Below, one piece after another: positions 22,341-34,834 of a stretch of 64,000 bases of DNA. The DNA comes from Hemiscyllium ocellatum. Its lineage: Eukaryota. A program made the translations under genes and the position numbers. Under the pieces are notes generated by a model. That model saw nothing but the letters and a program-made list of their open reading frames with translations. It was not told the DNA's origin and did no database searches. Each line of letters begins with the position of its first letter. Positions within the stretch are counted from its first letter, which is position 1. Location of the stretch: NCBI RefSeq assembly GCF_020745735.1, contig NC_083446.1, positions 3,038,001-3,102,000 on the forward strand. Direction: 5' to 3'.

Positions 22341-22937
22341 GTTTTAAACATGCAAACAGTTTCCGTTAAGGGAGAAGTTTGTCCACTCCGGACTCTGGTT
22401 TCTTTTTTTTAATTAAAAAAAATAAAAATGATTGCCCTCCTGCAGCTCACTGAAGTTAAAAGAAAAAGCTTCAACCTACCCCTTGAGTGAGTTCCAGACT
22501 AACTACAGGGCAAGTTTTGCAATCTCGAGTTGGTGACTGTGCAGACGATGCGGTAAACGTGCTAGGGCAAGGCACTAGAGTCATATACCTACCTGTGGCT
22601 GAGGATTCATGTTTACAAAGATTCGAGCTGTTTTCGTTCAAGCCCTGCCCCCATTAAGCTGTCACATTTTCTTACGGTTGGTGTCTAATCTTTGAAGTTG
22701 CTTAAAAGCTGATAGTACCTTTTTTAGAAATTGCAAAATTGCAGGGAAATTAAAATTGCCCTGTCTGAACACGTCCAACTGTGATGGAGTATGTTTTTGT
22801 GTGGTGGAGGGAGTCTCCTGGACTGCTCTCAATCACATTTCCAACCGAGCTTTTCACATCCCTGCTTTTTAAATCGATTCCTGGGATGTGGGGTGGGTCA
22901 CTGGCTGAATCCAGCATTTGTTGCCCCTCAAGATGGT

Positions 22938-23226
22938 GGTGGGTGGCACAGTGGTTAGCACTGCTGCCTCACAGTGCCAGAGACCCAGGTTCAATTCCTG
23001 CCTCAGGCGACTGACTGTGTGGAGTTTGCACGTTCTCCCCATGCCTGCGTGGGTTTCCTCCCACAGTCCAAAGATGTGCGGGTCAGGTGAATTGGCCATG
23101 CTAAATTGCCCATAGTGTTAGATAAGGGGTAAATGTAAGGGTATGGGGTGGGTTGTGCTTTGGCAGGTCGGTGTGGACTTGTTGGGCCGAAGGGCCTGTT
23201 TCCACACTGTAAGTAATCTAATCTAA
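22938..23226 (+). mobile_element. HE1-like SINE
   Basis: A box TGGCACAGTGG, B box GTTCAATTC, and tail GGGCCGAAGGGCCTGTTTCCACACTG(TAATC)n. Confidence 0.92.
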
Positions 23227-23248
23227 TGTCATTAGGGAAGGATGATGT

Positions 23249-24075
23249 GGATGTGCTGGACTGGGTTGGACAAAGGGTAAAAAAAAATCACCAGGTTCTA
23301 GCCAACAGGCTTAATTGGAAGCACTAGCTTTCAGAGTGCTGCTCCTTCATTAGGGGGTTGTGGAGGACACAATTGTAAGGCACAGAATTTATAGCAAAAG
23401 TTTACAGTGTGATGTAACTGAAATTATACATTGAAAAATACCTTGATTGTTTGTGGAGTCTCTCTCATCTGTTCAAATACCATGATAGTTTCACTTCTTT
23501 CATATGTAAATCATAAAACTTTTTCCCCCCAAAAATTACATTCTCAGATTATCTGTAACAAACGATTGGGGTCAGCCAGATAAGATGTTGAAAGTATTAG
23601 CCCACTTGTTAGATTAGAATCAGTCTAAACATTATGGCACAGACAGAGAACACAGGTGGCTAACACCTTCAACATCTTATCTGGCTGACACCAATTGTTA
23701 GTTAACCTGAGAATGTAACTTTTCGAAAAAAGTTTTGTGATTTACATATGAAAGAAGTGAAACTATCATGGTCATTCTAACAGATGAGAGACTCAACAAT
23801 CAAGGTATTTTTCAATGTATACATCACGCTGTAAACTTTTGCTATAAATTCTGTGTCTTACAATCGTGTACTCCACAACCACCTGATGAAGGAGCGATGC
23901 TCCGAAAGCTAGTGCTTCCAATTAAAACTGTTGGACTATAACCTGATGTTATGTGATTTTTAACTTTGTACACCCCAATCCAACACCTGCATCTCCAAAT
24001 CAGATTTATTTGCAAACACTAGCTTTTGGAGTGCTGCTCCTTCATCAGGCCTGGTGTTGTGTGGTTTTTAACCTC
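23249..24075. mobile_element. Penelope-like element-derived long inverted repeat (about 350-bp arms, about 50-bp loop) plus a third partial copy
   Basis: 23249-23605 is the imperfect reverse complement of 23655-23996. Each arm carries a hammerhead-like motif. Confidence 0.8.
23877..23917 (+). ncRNA. Putative minimal type I hammerhead ribozyme
   Basis: Stem I AACCAC/GTGCTT; core CTGATGA (23883-89); stem II GGAGC-gat-GCTCC; GAAA (23904-07); palindromic AGCT stem III; CUA cleavage triplet ending at 23911. Confidence 0.7.
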
Positions 24076-25775
24076 GAGGGAGGGAGTTTCAGGATTTTGA
24101 CCCAGCCACACTGAAAGAACAGTGATATATTTTCAAGTCAGGAACTTGCAGGGGGTGGTGTGTGGAATGAAAAATTCCCAAATTCTATGTCTCCACCCTT
24201 TTCTTTTCACAAAAAGTACGTAACAAAGTTCATTTCCTTTCCTGGCCCAGCAGAATCATTGCTATGAATAAGTTTTGTATGAAATCATCTCTCCATCATA
24301 CACTGTCAGGAAGATTTCACAATGCAGACGTCACATCATGTGTATCATCGATTGCACAACCTGCCTCAGAGGTGTCGAGAATCTCTCGAAGGCAAACTTT
24401 CCCAGTGCAAACCTATCACATTCCTTTAAACTTGAATTTTGCTCAACAGTACAGCCAGCAGCTTCCAAATCCACTTATCACTAGAGTGCTAATACCCGGG
24501 AGGACAAGGGCACCAGCTATATGGGAACACCACCCTTGGCACGTAGCCTTCTGGGCTGCAGGTGGTCCTGACCCAGAAGTATAAGTGGTCATTCCAATTA
24601 TGTCTCTAGGTCAAATTTCTGGAGCTCCCTCTCTAACAACATTGTGGGTTAACATTCCCAAGGATTAATGGTTCAAGGTAGCAGCTCACCAGCTCTTTCT
24701 CCAGGTAATTTGGGAGATGGACAGTATATGCTGTGCCTGGCCAACACCACATGTGAAGAATGGATAGAAATAAAAGCTCCTGGGCCTTTATACCCTGGCA
24801 TTGGACTTTAGCCCAGAGCGTCTGGCTCAAATGCAGGGACAATACCACTACACTACATGACTTTCCAAGTTCTGTGTTCTAATGCTCCTCATTAGACTCA
24901 ATGGTTACCTTAATGTGAAGGAAATGTGCTACTGACTCAGTGTATCTGTACAAAAGCATTTCCTTTTTTTTGTGCATCTCTCCCCATAAGTCAATTTTGA
25001 ATATTTGCCAAGCCTCTTCAATTAGTCATGGAGTAGTCAACCTTTTACACTGTGACACTACGCCATTTGCCCACACAGCAAACCTGTTACACATACTTAT
25101 TTGTGAGCAGTAGGCAGAAGCTTGGACCTTTGGTGACACACTGCTCAGGTCTGGGATTTCCCCACCGATAGGTGGATATTTTCATAGTGTACCATTGGAA
25201 AAGGGGTTTCCCCATGAAATGGTTACAACCATGTGTGCCACTGTTACTGCAGGGCACCTGGCAAGCTCTGTTGGAAGAACCAGTGGCATTACATTGGTGG
25301 CAGCTGTAACCAAACAGGCTGTATGGATAAAAAAGCTCTAGGGCCAACACTCACTCTCAAATGTTGCAGATGCTTTTTGGCGGCATGGTGAACCAATGAC
25401 CCACCCTACTTCTGAAGTGGTAACAAGATCCTGTAATACATGTAAAAATTCTCCCTCAGTGTCCTGGCCAATATTTAACACAATCAAGGCCACAAAGCCT
25501 GGGTATCTATGAGCTCGGCCACATTCAATACAGGATGCTGGATGAACTGGAGATCTGCAGCTGCTGTCTTTCTAGGTCAAGCCACCACGAGAAAACCCTT
25601 GCAATTTGCTGCAACGTATCTTACGACTTTGCAGCCACAAAATACCAGTGGCAGGACTAACGGGTTCAAGGCAACGTATGAGGTGTCATTCAAGCAGCCT
25701 GCTTTATCATTGACGATAGTTCCTATCCTGACAACTTTAGAATCAACAGTGACCCCTGAAGGATGTTGCCGGTAT

Positions 25776-25781
25776 TTTATT
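25776..25781 (-). terminator. STIP1: Candidate STIP1 polyadenylation signal (AATAAA); an alternative lies at 26889-26894
   Basis: TTTATT on the plus strand, about 1.2 kb past the stop, at the end of an AU-rich unique region. Confidence 0.4.
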
Positions 25782-27005
25782 TACACAATTCTTAACAAAC
25801 AGTAGGTACAGTTTCATTTATCCTGTGCTTAGAGTAAGGTTTCTGGAAGACAGCATCTAGAATATTCACCTTATTAAAAACAAGGAACCCCATTCACACC
25901 AGTATTTGAGATCACACTGTCTCTTGTGGATTCAGCTGTTTAAACTTAGCCAAAGAAAAACAGGAACAAGGGAGATGAAGCAGCACCAACTGCAATGTTG
26001 ATAACTCCTTCCAAATCAGAGTTAAGAAGAATGTCACAAATTCAGATGGAGTTCCCCTTAGATTTAGGAAGTGTGAGCATTTCAAAATATTCAATTAAAC
26101 ATGAAAGTGCTACCACTCAAATTCACCTCCACTCATTTAAAGGACAGGGAGTCCACTCTCTCTTGTATCCTGATGTCCAAACTCACTTCCAAGCTTTCAA
26201 AGAATGATCACAAGGTAAAATCTTAAGGTATCTGTGGGAAAGAGCTCAGGAAAACCGCCATCTTTAGAAGGCGAGAAAACATTTTGGGGAACACAAAATG
26301 CCTGAACATTTCAAAACTAGAATATGACGATCAGTAGATGATCGGAACACAGTTCCCATTTTAGGCAGATGGAGGCAAGCACTGGTTAATAAAAACCCAA
26401 ACAAAATGGTAGTTGTGTACAATTAGAACTTGCTGGTTACCCAGGCAACTGCATGTGAGAAATGGTGTTAAAGTACAGGCACTATGAAAATTCAGAGAAA
26501 GGAGAGACCATACAGTCAAAAAGACAACCAAATGATGAAGAGGATTACACAAAACATACCACACATTACATATATGCACACATGTCTGTAAATTGTAAAA
26601 TGTACAGCAAACAGAACAAGACAAGAGATGCACAGATAATTGGATACAACACTTTAATGCAACTCTTCACATGCAATAAACTGCAAAATGTGAAAACCCC
26701 TTCATCTCTACATTTACTGCAAGGTTATAACAACAGCAGAGATGCACCTTTCATATTGTCATTTTAAAAACAATAAAATTACTGAAGTGCACAGGCTATA
26801 GGTTTGCACCAAGATTGCGCTAAATATCATTAGGTCACAAAATAATCAGATGTCACAAATAAAAACAAATGTGAGATGCTGTACACTTTTTATTTTGGCT
26901 GCTTTAATTATGTCTTTTTCCTCCGGTTTCCCTCCCTCCCTTAAATCCCCAGAGGGCTTTTTCCTGTCACTGTCCTAGCTTCATCTCTGCTGAAATCTTG
27001 AGTCA

Positions 27006-27078
27006 TCACCGGATTGCGATGAGACCTACATCGATGAGTTTTTGAATCTTCTGGGCTATAACAGGATTCTTCAAATGG
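27006..27078 (-). CDS. STIP1: STIP1 exon 14 (DP2 end and stop)
   Basis: [23 protein letters not shown]; acceptor ctcag; 73 nt. Confidence 0.96.
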
Positions 27079-27326
27079 CTGAGGATGAAGGAAAGGAGAA
27101 GCAGCATTAATAGTACAGATCTGACAGGGTTCAGCTATGAAGCAGAGTGACAACTGTTCACTCCCCTATCTCACTTCTTTCTATAGTGAGGCCGAATGGC
27201 CTTATTTCCACTCCTGTGTCTTATACTTGCAACATGGAGTTTAATAATGCAACAGAAATATGAGTGAATGATTTCACAATTTTAACTAAAAACACTGCAT
27301 GGGCTTCAGGAAGGCAGACGGAGTAG

Positions 27327-28006
27327 TACGGTGGCTCAGTGGTCAGCACTGCTGCCTCAACACCAGGATCCCAGGTTTGATTCCAGCCTCTGGTGACTGT
27401 GTTGAGTTTGCACATTCTCCCTGTGTCTGGGTGAGTTTCCTCCGGGTGCTCTGGTTTCCTCCCACAGTCCAAAGGTGTGCAGGTCAGGTGAATTGGCCAT
27501 GCTAAATTGACCATAGTGTTAGGTGCATTAGTCCGAGGGAAATAGGTCTGGGTGGGTTACTCTTCGGAGGGTTGGTGTGGACTTGTTGGGCTGAAGGGCC
27601 TACTTCCACACTGTAAGGAATCTAATCTAACATGTAACTCATGCAAGAGGACAAAGACAAAAACATTTGTGTGGGTGCCACAGTAGCTCAGTGGTTAGCA
27701 CTGCTACCTCCCAGCACCAGGGACCCTGGTTCGATTCCACACTTGGTCAACTGCCTGTGTGGAGTTTGCACATTCTCCCCCTCCGGGTGCTTCAGTTTCC
27801 TCCCATAGTCCAAAGATGTGAAGGTTAGGTGGATTGGCCATGCTAAATTACCCATACTGTCCAGAAATTGTGCAGGGTAGGTGGGTTAGCCTTGGGAAGT
27901 ATGGAGTTACAGGGATAGGATAGGACAGGAGGGGTTGGTCTGGTTGGGAAACTCTTTAGAGGGTCGATTGGACCAAACGTGTCTTTCAGCGCTGTAGGGA
28001 TTTTAT
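27327..28006 (+). mobile_element. Two tandem HE1-like SINEs (27327-27630 and 27672-28006)
   Basis: A/B-box heads, V-domain-like core and CR1-type tails. Confidence 0.85.
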
Positions 28007-28044
28007 GACACAATCAAGTCTTTCATATGAGCACATATACTCAC

Positions 28045-28217
28045 TCGCTTAGTGCCTGAGGATCTTTCTGCATCTGCTCCAAGATCAACCTCATTGCAGG
28101 GTCACTCATTATCTGCTGCACCTCTGGATCACCCATGGCACGGCGCTTTACCTCCTCTGGAGTGTCGTTCCGGTTATATTGCATCATAAGGCAGCGCTGA
28201 TAACCTTCAGAAGCTTC
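28045..28217 (-). CDS. STIP1: STIP1 exon 13
   Basis: [57 protein letters not shown]; 173 nt; ag/gtgagt. Confidence 0.97.
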
Positions 28218-28908
28218 CTAAAGAATTTTGGGCAAGAGTTATCTGTGGGGTTGCTTGAACTGGTTACTGAACATTGCCCATGAATGCCTGCAGCCTTTGT
28301 TCCACACTCCCAGAACTGGCCCAACCACAAGGAGGGGGACTAGGCCAAAATGACTACAATTGCTGCCTTACCTAGCCCCACCGGTATCAGCGTCTGCCAA
28401 GAGAGAGTTGCTTAAACCAATCCAACAGCTAGGTGTAGTTGCTGCTGGTTTCCTTATACGTGAATGGCTTCATTGGAAGGGAAGCATTCATGTCTTTGTC
28501 AGAGAGAGCAAAGTTTGTATAACCTTGAATCAATAAAAAAAGTCAATACCCAATACCATCCCCTCAACCAAAAATATCCTGCAGGTCATCACAAACCCCA
28601 TGAAATGCTCACTTTTCGGTCTTGTCTCTGATGTAGTTAAAGGGAAGTGTTGCTAAATTACACAAAAGATGAACTTTAACCACCTTACTCACAACTCTCC
28701 CTTAACTCCTATAAGCATACAATCCAGCTCACACAGTGAGTCTTCCATGGAGAGAATGTCAAGGCGGGTCACTACTTCAATACTTTCTCAAACACCAAAA
28801 ATGTGCAGCACCACTAAAACTGCATGGCTGGAGAAACCTCTCTTGGACCTCATATGATACCCTGTGTGAACGGAAAAAGAATTGAATTGTAAGATGATCT
28901 GGTCATAC

Positions 28909-29012
28909 CTTGGAATTAGAGTCCAGCTCAAGCGCTTTCTGATAAACATCCATGGCTTTGGAGAAATCCTTCAATGCCTCAAGGGCTGCTCCTTTTCTTG
29001 TGTAACCCTTAA
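28909..29012 (-). CDS. STIP1: STIP1 exon 12
   Basis: [34 protein letters not shown]; 104 nt; ag/gtatga. Confidence 0.96.
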
Positions 29013-30094
29013 CTATAATGAATCAGGTAGAGAAATTGAATTAAGATCAATTACAACATTAAACACCATTTATAGCAGACAGCCTTCATAGCAGGATTAA
29101 ATCATCATAAAATTGGATTTTCATTTCGATTTGGAAATTAAAAGGCATTCAGGGCCAATATCTTGCTTTACTGACTGACACGATAGCCTTGATCCTGTCA
29201 CACTATGATTTTTGCCTATTGCTCCATCCTAGTTTCAAATGTTCTGTACATCTATTATCCGATATAATAGAATACCAGATTATCTGGTAAGATTGCAAGG
29301 TCCCAATGCTTGGCTAAACTATGTCATCCGTCATTTGATTAACCGAATGAAATACTCCCCCCGCTCGAGTCCTTCGGATAATCGAGAACCCTCTGTATTC
29401 TGTGTCTTTCTATGTCCTGTGATCTAATGAAGTAGTGTTGAATCCAGCCTCTTATCAGGTCTGAGAACAATCCTGAATTAAACACTTGTTTTACCTGCAA
29501 GGATCGTTATGCTCTCACTCACCAGCTCCCACAGATTGAAGCTTATAATTTTGACATGACAGTGGGGACTGTCAATAAAGGCTCAACATTAACTTGCCAC
29601 TCTACACAACTAACTTTTATCCTAGCAGTTTGGAGCAGCCAAAACCATTTGCCACGTGGGACATTGATATGTCTCCAACATGGAGATGGAAGAAAGAGAA
29701 AAGGCTGGATCCAGCAGTAAGGATTTACAATGGACCCCATTTTGCCCAGGAAAGGAGCAAACAGATGTCCAGAATACTAAAAACGAGAGCTTCTGTGTAT
29801 ACAGTTAGGTATGTGCACAGCTTGTGAATAACTTTGGGAGAAATCACAACATCACCAATGCTAATGAAACTATATTCCAAGAGGGGACAAAGCCGCCAGA
29901 ATAATCTTTTAATTAAATTAAGAGCTACACTATTTGATAGCTGCAAATTGTTTAAAAAGTCAGCTTTTTATATTTAAATGTTATCAGCCAATAATTCAAT
30001 TTCTTCCCATGCTGATAAAAATTAATACGAATATGGGATAGCATTTTAATTGCTAGAGTTTTCACATTAGCCCCACAAATTCAAAACAACTTAC

Positions 30095-30131
30095 GAAATG
30101 TGGGATCAAGGCGGATACAGTCTTCACAGTC
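30095..30131 (-). CDS. STIP1: STIP1 exon 11
   Basis: DCEDCIRLDPTF; 37 nt; cag/gtaagt. Confidence 0.93.
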
Positions 30132-32500
30132 CTGTAACAGAGGTTAGAAAGCATCTTAATTTACCAGCATGTTACACGTTTCAGTAAATATTCATGTTTG
30201 ATTCACAAATTCAGACATGCCAGGGAATTAAAATGCCATTGTTCAATACATACGGAATGAATTGGAAATGTAGCAAGTACAGAAAATCATTCAAGCCATT
30301 ATTTTAAATGAATGCAAATTTTTAAAATCATCACACTGGCTCGCAGTTGGAAACTAGTTGGATATAAATTAGTTTAAAACATTTTCTTTTTCACAAGGAC
30401 TGGTATCTTAAAGACCTACGAAACTCCAACCTTGGGCATTATGGGGATATCTGAATTTCTTCAGAAACTAAACAAATTTACAAGGTGTAGTAAATAGTGT
30501 CATAGATTAGATTTCAGATTTTAAAATTTCTGAATACATTTGAACAACAATTTTCAAAGTATTCCTATCACTCATCCTTCACCTCCAACTATTGTATGTT
30601 CATACTAGGAAACAATATTCCTCAGAGGGAGTTAGATAATCAATCAATTTTCATTTCCATCCTTTTACGTGCAGCACAGCTAGATTATGCCACTCAGATG
30701 AATAAAGGTGTTTTTTCCATATCCTAACGTAAGCAGCTAGTTAAGGCTGCTGACTTTCATTAAATACAGATATACAGTAATTGCTTTCTCTAAACAAAAG
30801 ATTAAATTCTGTATTTTAGTTAACTGGCTGTCAAAGACAGACAGTTACTGCACTAGTTAGAATGGAAAACTGCCAAACTGAAGTGTACACTCTGCCTTCT
30901 GAACCATGTTGGAGGATTCACCTAGCCTGCAAAGGCAAATGAACAATTAAAAAAGAAAATCCCCCTCTTTCTGTTGCCAGAAAGTGACCACAACTGCTTT
31001 CCTAGTCCACCCTGGCCATCCATGCCCCCTTCAGCCAACACTAGTCAATCATGTACAATTACGTACTGAACTGAAACACCTTATTTGGTCCAACGTGTCT
31101 CTAACTCATGAACCTGATGTCATTTTAAGGAAACCCAGAAGTATTGCAAATCATAAGGAGAACAGTACGGAAGTTTTCAAGGAACGCTTCAGAGTGTGTT
31201 TGTTGCATTTGCTCTATCCGCCAATGGACATGTGGCCATTGAAAGTTGAGAACCTTCCCTTGAAAGGGAGACACTTTTCTTCTTTCCCCTCAATGTGGCA
31301 CCGATATTAGTGATCACAAGGAATACGTTACCTGGTATCAATGTTCCAAACACTCTGAAGCTGTTCAGTTACAGAAAAAAAGTTACAGGTATTCTCATAA
31401 CGCCCAAAATGGCGACAAGTTGGCCATCAAACTGCAACACCTCCAGTCCACAACTGAAGCTTGCTGTTTGATTGCCAACTTGTGGAAATGAAGTGTCTAT
31501 TCTCTCAACATGCTGGAAATGGATTGCATCACAGTAACTAGGATGAAGAATCATTGAAGGTGGCATGACAGATCATGGGGTAGTTAATGAAGCCTATCGT
31601 ATCCTGAGCTTTATTAAACAGTGGCAGAGTACAAGAGTAAGGAAGTTACATTGAACTTGTAAAAAAAAACTTGCTCGGTCTCAGATGCAGTACTGCATCC
31701 ACCTTATTGTGATGGATTAAGAAAGATGTGAAAGACACTGGAGAGAGTTCAGAAAAGATTCACAAACATGTGCTCCAGGGATGAGGAATTTCAGTTATTA
31801 AGACAGACAAGGGAAGTTGGGATTATTTTCCTTTGAGGGGTGATGATGGTGAAAAGAGGGGGGTATGATAGAAGCTATTCAAATAATGTGGGGTCTGGAC
31901 AGGCTAGACAGGGAAAAACTGTTACCATTTACAAAAGGATCAAGAATGCAATGGCACAAAAGTTTAAAGTAATTGGCAGAAGCAGCAAAGGAGACATGAA
32001 GCCAAAGACAAAATGAATGGTTGGATCTACAACGTATTGCTTGGGAGTGTGGTAGAGACAGGCTCAATTCACGTTTTCAAAAGGGAATCAAGATAGTTAC
32101 CTGCAAAGGAAGAAAGTGCCATTCTCTTGTTCCTGAATTGAGACACTTTGATAGAGATAGTGCTTAGATGAGCTAAATGGCCTCCTTCTGTACTCAATTC
32201 TTCTAAGTTTTCCTACAATCCACTAGTGACACATCCTCCTTAAACATAACCCTCCAGTTCAATGCATCACCATATACTACACTCACTCCACGGGACAATG
32301 GATCCTCATTCTCTCAGTTGATATGAAGTGAACTCTATTATTTGTATTGGTTACATTGCATTTTTGCCTCCCACCCCCGAACTTGACAGATTCACAAGTG
32401 GGAACAGTTTCACCATATCAACCCAATCAAACACCCTCATGACTAATTAAGCACAGAGTGGAGACTAAACTCTGCCTATTCCTGTTTTTGTGCTACTCTA

Positions 32501-32731
<231 letters not shown>

Positions 32732-33779
32732 TTAGATTCCATACTTCAGAGGGACAAAGGCACATCATGAGCAGACACATTACAAACATGTAGCCCTTAA
32801 ATTATAGGTATGGTTGACACTCCTTGAGCACTAAAAACACAGGCTCTTTGAAAACATCTGTTTTCAACATACCAGTAATTGCTTTACACACACCATCCAG
32901 TCTAAAACGTGAAATAAAATGAAAAGCTTTGCAGAGCTCCATTAAAAAGGTAACAAAGTAACTCAATGTTAAATAGAAGTAATTGTAACAGTACTATAGT
33001 AAGCCACTCAGAGCAATTTGGGACATGCAACATGAATTACTGCAGGGAACAGTAATTCTTATGCCATTTCCTTGGATTTGGTATTCAACTGCTGTCTCTG
33101 GGCAGTTTCCAGATGTCGCAAGTTTGAAAGTTGGTGGAGACCACGAATTGAATCGGCTATTTGAGTGACCATATAAATTAAATGAATGGTAACTACGTTA
33201 GTAGATATACTTCCAATTATTAATACCTTAGCAAACAATTTAGAAGCAATAAGTCATTTAAGCCCCTCAAGCCTGTTCCACCATTCAGTAAAATCATGAC
33301 TGATCCAATTGTGGCCTTACCATCTCATTCCACCTTACCCCTGACAATTCTGACAAACGTGGGAGTATTCACCTCGGCCTTTAAAAAATAATCTCAAAGA
33401 CCATGTCTTTAGAGCTGGGAAGGCAGCTCCAAAGACTCTCCATCAAAATTCTCATTGCTACCTTAAATGGGAGACGGCTTATATTTTAAACTGTCTTCAA
33501 GAAACGTCCACTCACCATGTCTAATCCCTCAACTTTTATCAAAGCATACAAAATGATCTTTTAAGAGTCATTCTCTGAACTGCTTCTATTGAATTTCTCT
33601 TTATCATGAGATGACAAAAGTGCACAAGACTCCAGATGTCATGTTACCAACACCTGTACAACTCTAGCAAAACATTACTATTTAAAATCCCATTCCCATT
33701 ACAGTAATGGCAACAACTCACTTCCTAACCATTCGTGTGGCTGTATACTAGATTTCTGAAATTCAGTTCCTGAAATTGG

Positions 33780-34372
33780 ACTTGCATGTAGACAGGTATG
33801 TGAAGGAGTTTAGTACGCTTGACACTATTGGTCAGTGCATTGAGTATAGGAGTTGGGATGTTAGGCTGCAACTGTACAGGAAGTTGGTGAGGACACTTTT
33901 GGAATACTGCGTTCGATTCCGGTTTCCCCACTATAAGGAAGTGGTTGTGAAATTTGAAAGGGTGCAGAAAAGATTTACAAGGATGCTGTCACAGTCGGAG
34001 GGTTTGAGCTATAGGAAAACGCAGAATAGGCTGGGGCTATTTTCCCTGGAATGTCAGAGGTTGAGGGGCTACTTCAGAGGTTCATAAAATCACGAGGGGC
34101 ACAGATAAGATGAATAGCCAAGGTCTTTGTCCCAGGATTGGAAAGTCCCAAAACTAGACAGCACAGGTTTGAGGTGAGTGGGGAAAGATTTGAAAGGGTC
34201 CTAAGGGACAGCTGTTTAACACAGAAGGTGGTGCATATATGGAATGATCTGTCGGAGAAAGAGGAGACGATTGGTATAATTACATTTAAAAGGCATCTGG
34301 ATGAGTATATGAGTAGGAAGGATGTAGAGGGATACAGACAAAATGCTGGCAAATGGGACAAGATTAATTTGG
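33780..34372 (+). mobile_element. CR1 LINE 3' fragment
   Basis: IEYRSWDV.LQLYRKLVR..LEYCVRF..PHYK...ERVQKRFTRML. Confidence 0.9.
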
Positions 34373-34830
34373 TTTGTTTTGGCAATGCAGGAGGCCAAGG
34401 ATGGTCATGTCAGAAAGGGACTTGTTGGGGGAATTGAAATGGGAGGTCCGGTCCCTGTGGACCCGGCTGCGATGCTTGGTGAACCATCCCCTGAGTTTAC
34501 GCTCAGTCTCCCTGGTGTAGAGAAGATCACATTGGGAGCACCTGATGCAGTAAACTAGGTTGGAGGAGAGGCAGGTGAATGTCTGTCTCACCTGGAAGGA
34601 CTGTTTGGGGCGGTATACTGGCAGGTTTTGCATCTTATCTGGTTGCAGGGGAAGGTACCTGGGAGTTTTGGTGGCCTTCACCTATCCCTACTTCACCACC
34701 CTGCCCCCACCTCCCCTTTATCTGCAGCTCCTCCCAAACCTAACCACACGCCTGAACAAGGGTTACACCCAAAATGTTGACTTTGGCACTTTGTGATGCT
34801 GCCTGGCATGTAGTGTTCTTCCAGCTTGTC
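34373..34830 (-). mobile_element. Penelope-like element fragment (GIY-YIG endonuclease)
   Basis: FQVRQTFTCLSSNLVYCIRCSQCDLLYTRETERKLR..F.KH. Confidence 0.85.
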
Positions 34831-34834
34831 TTAA

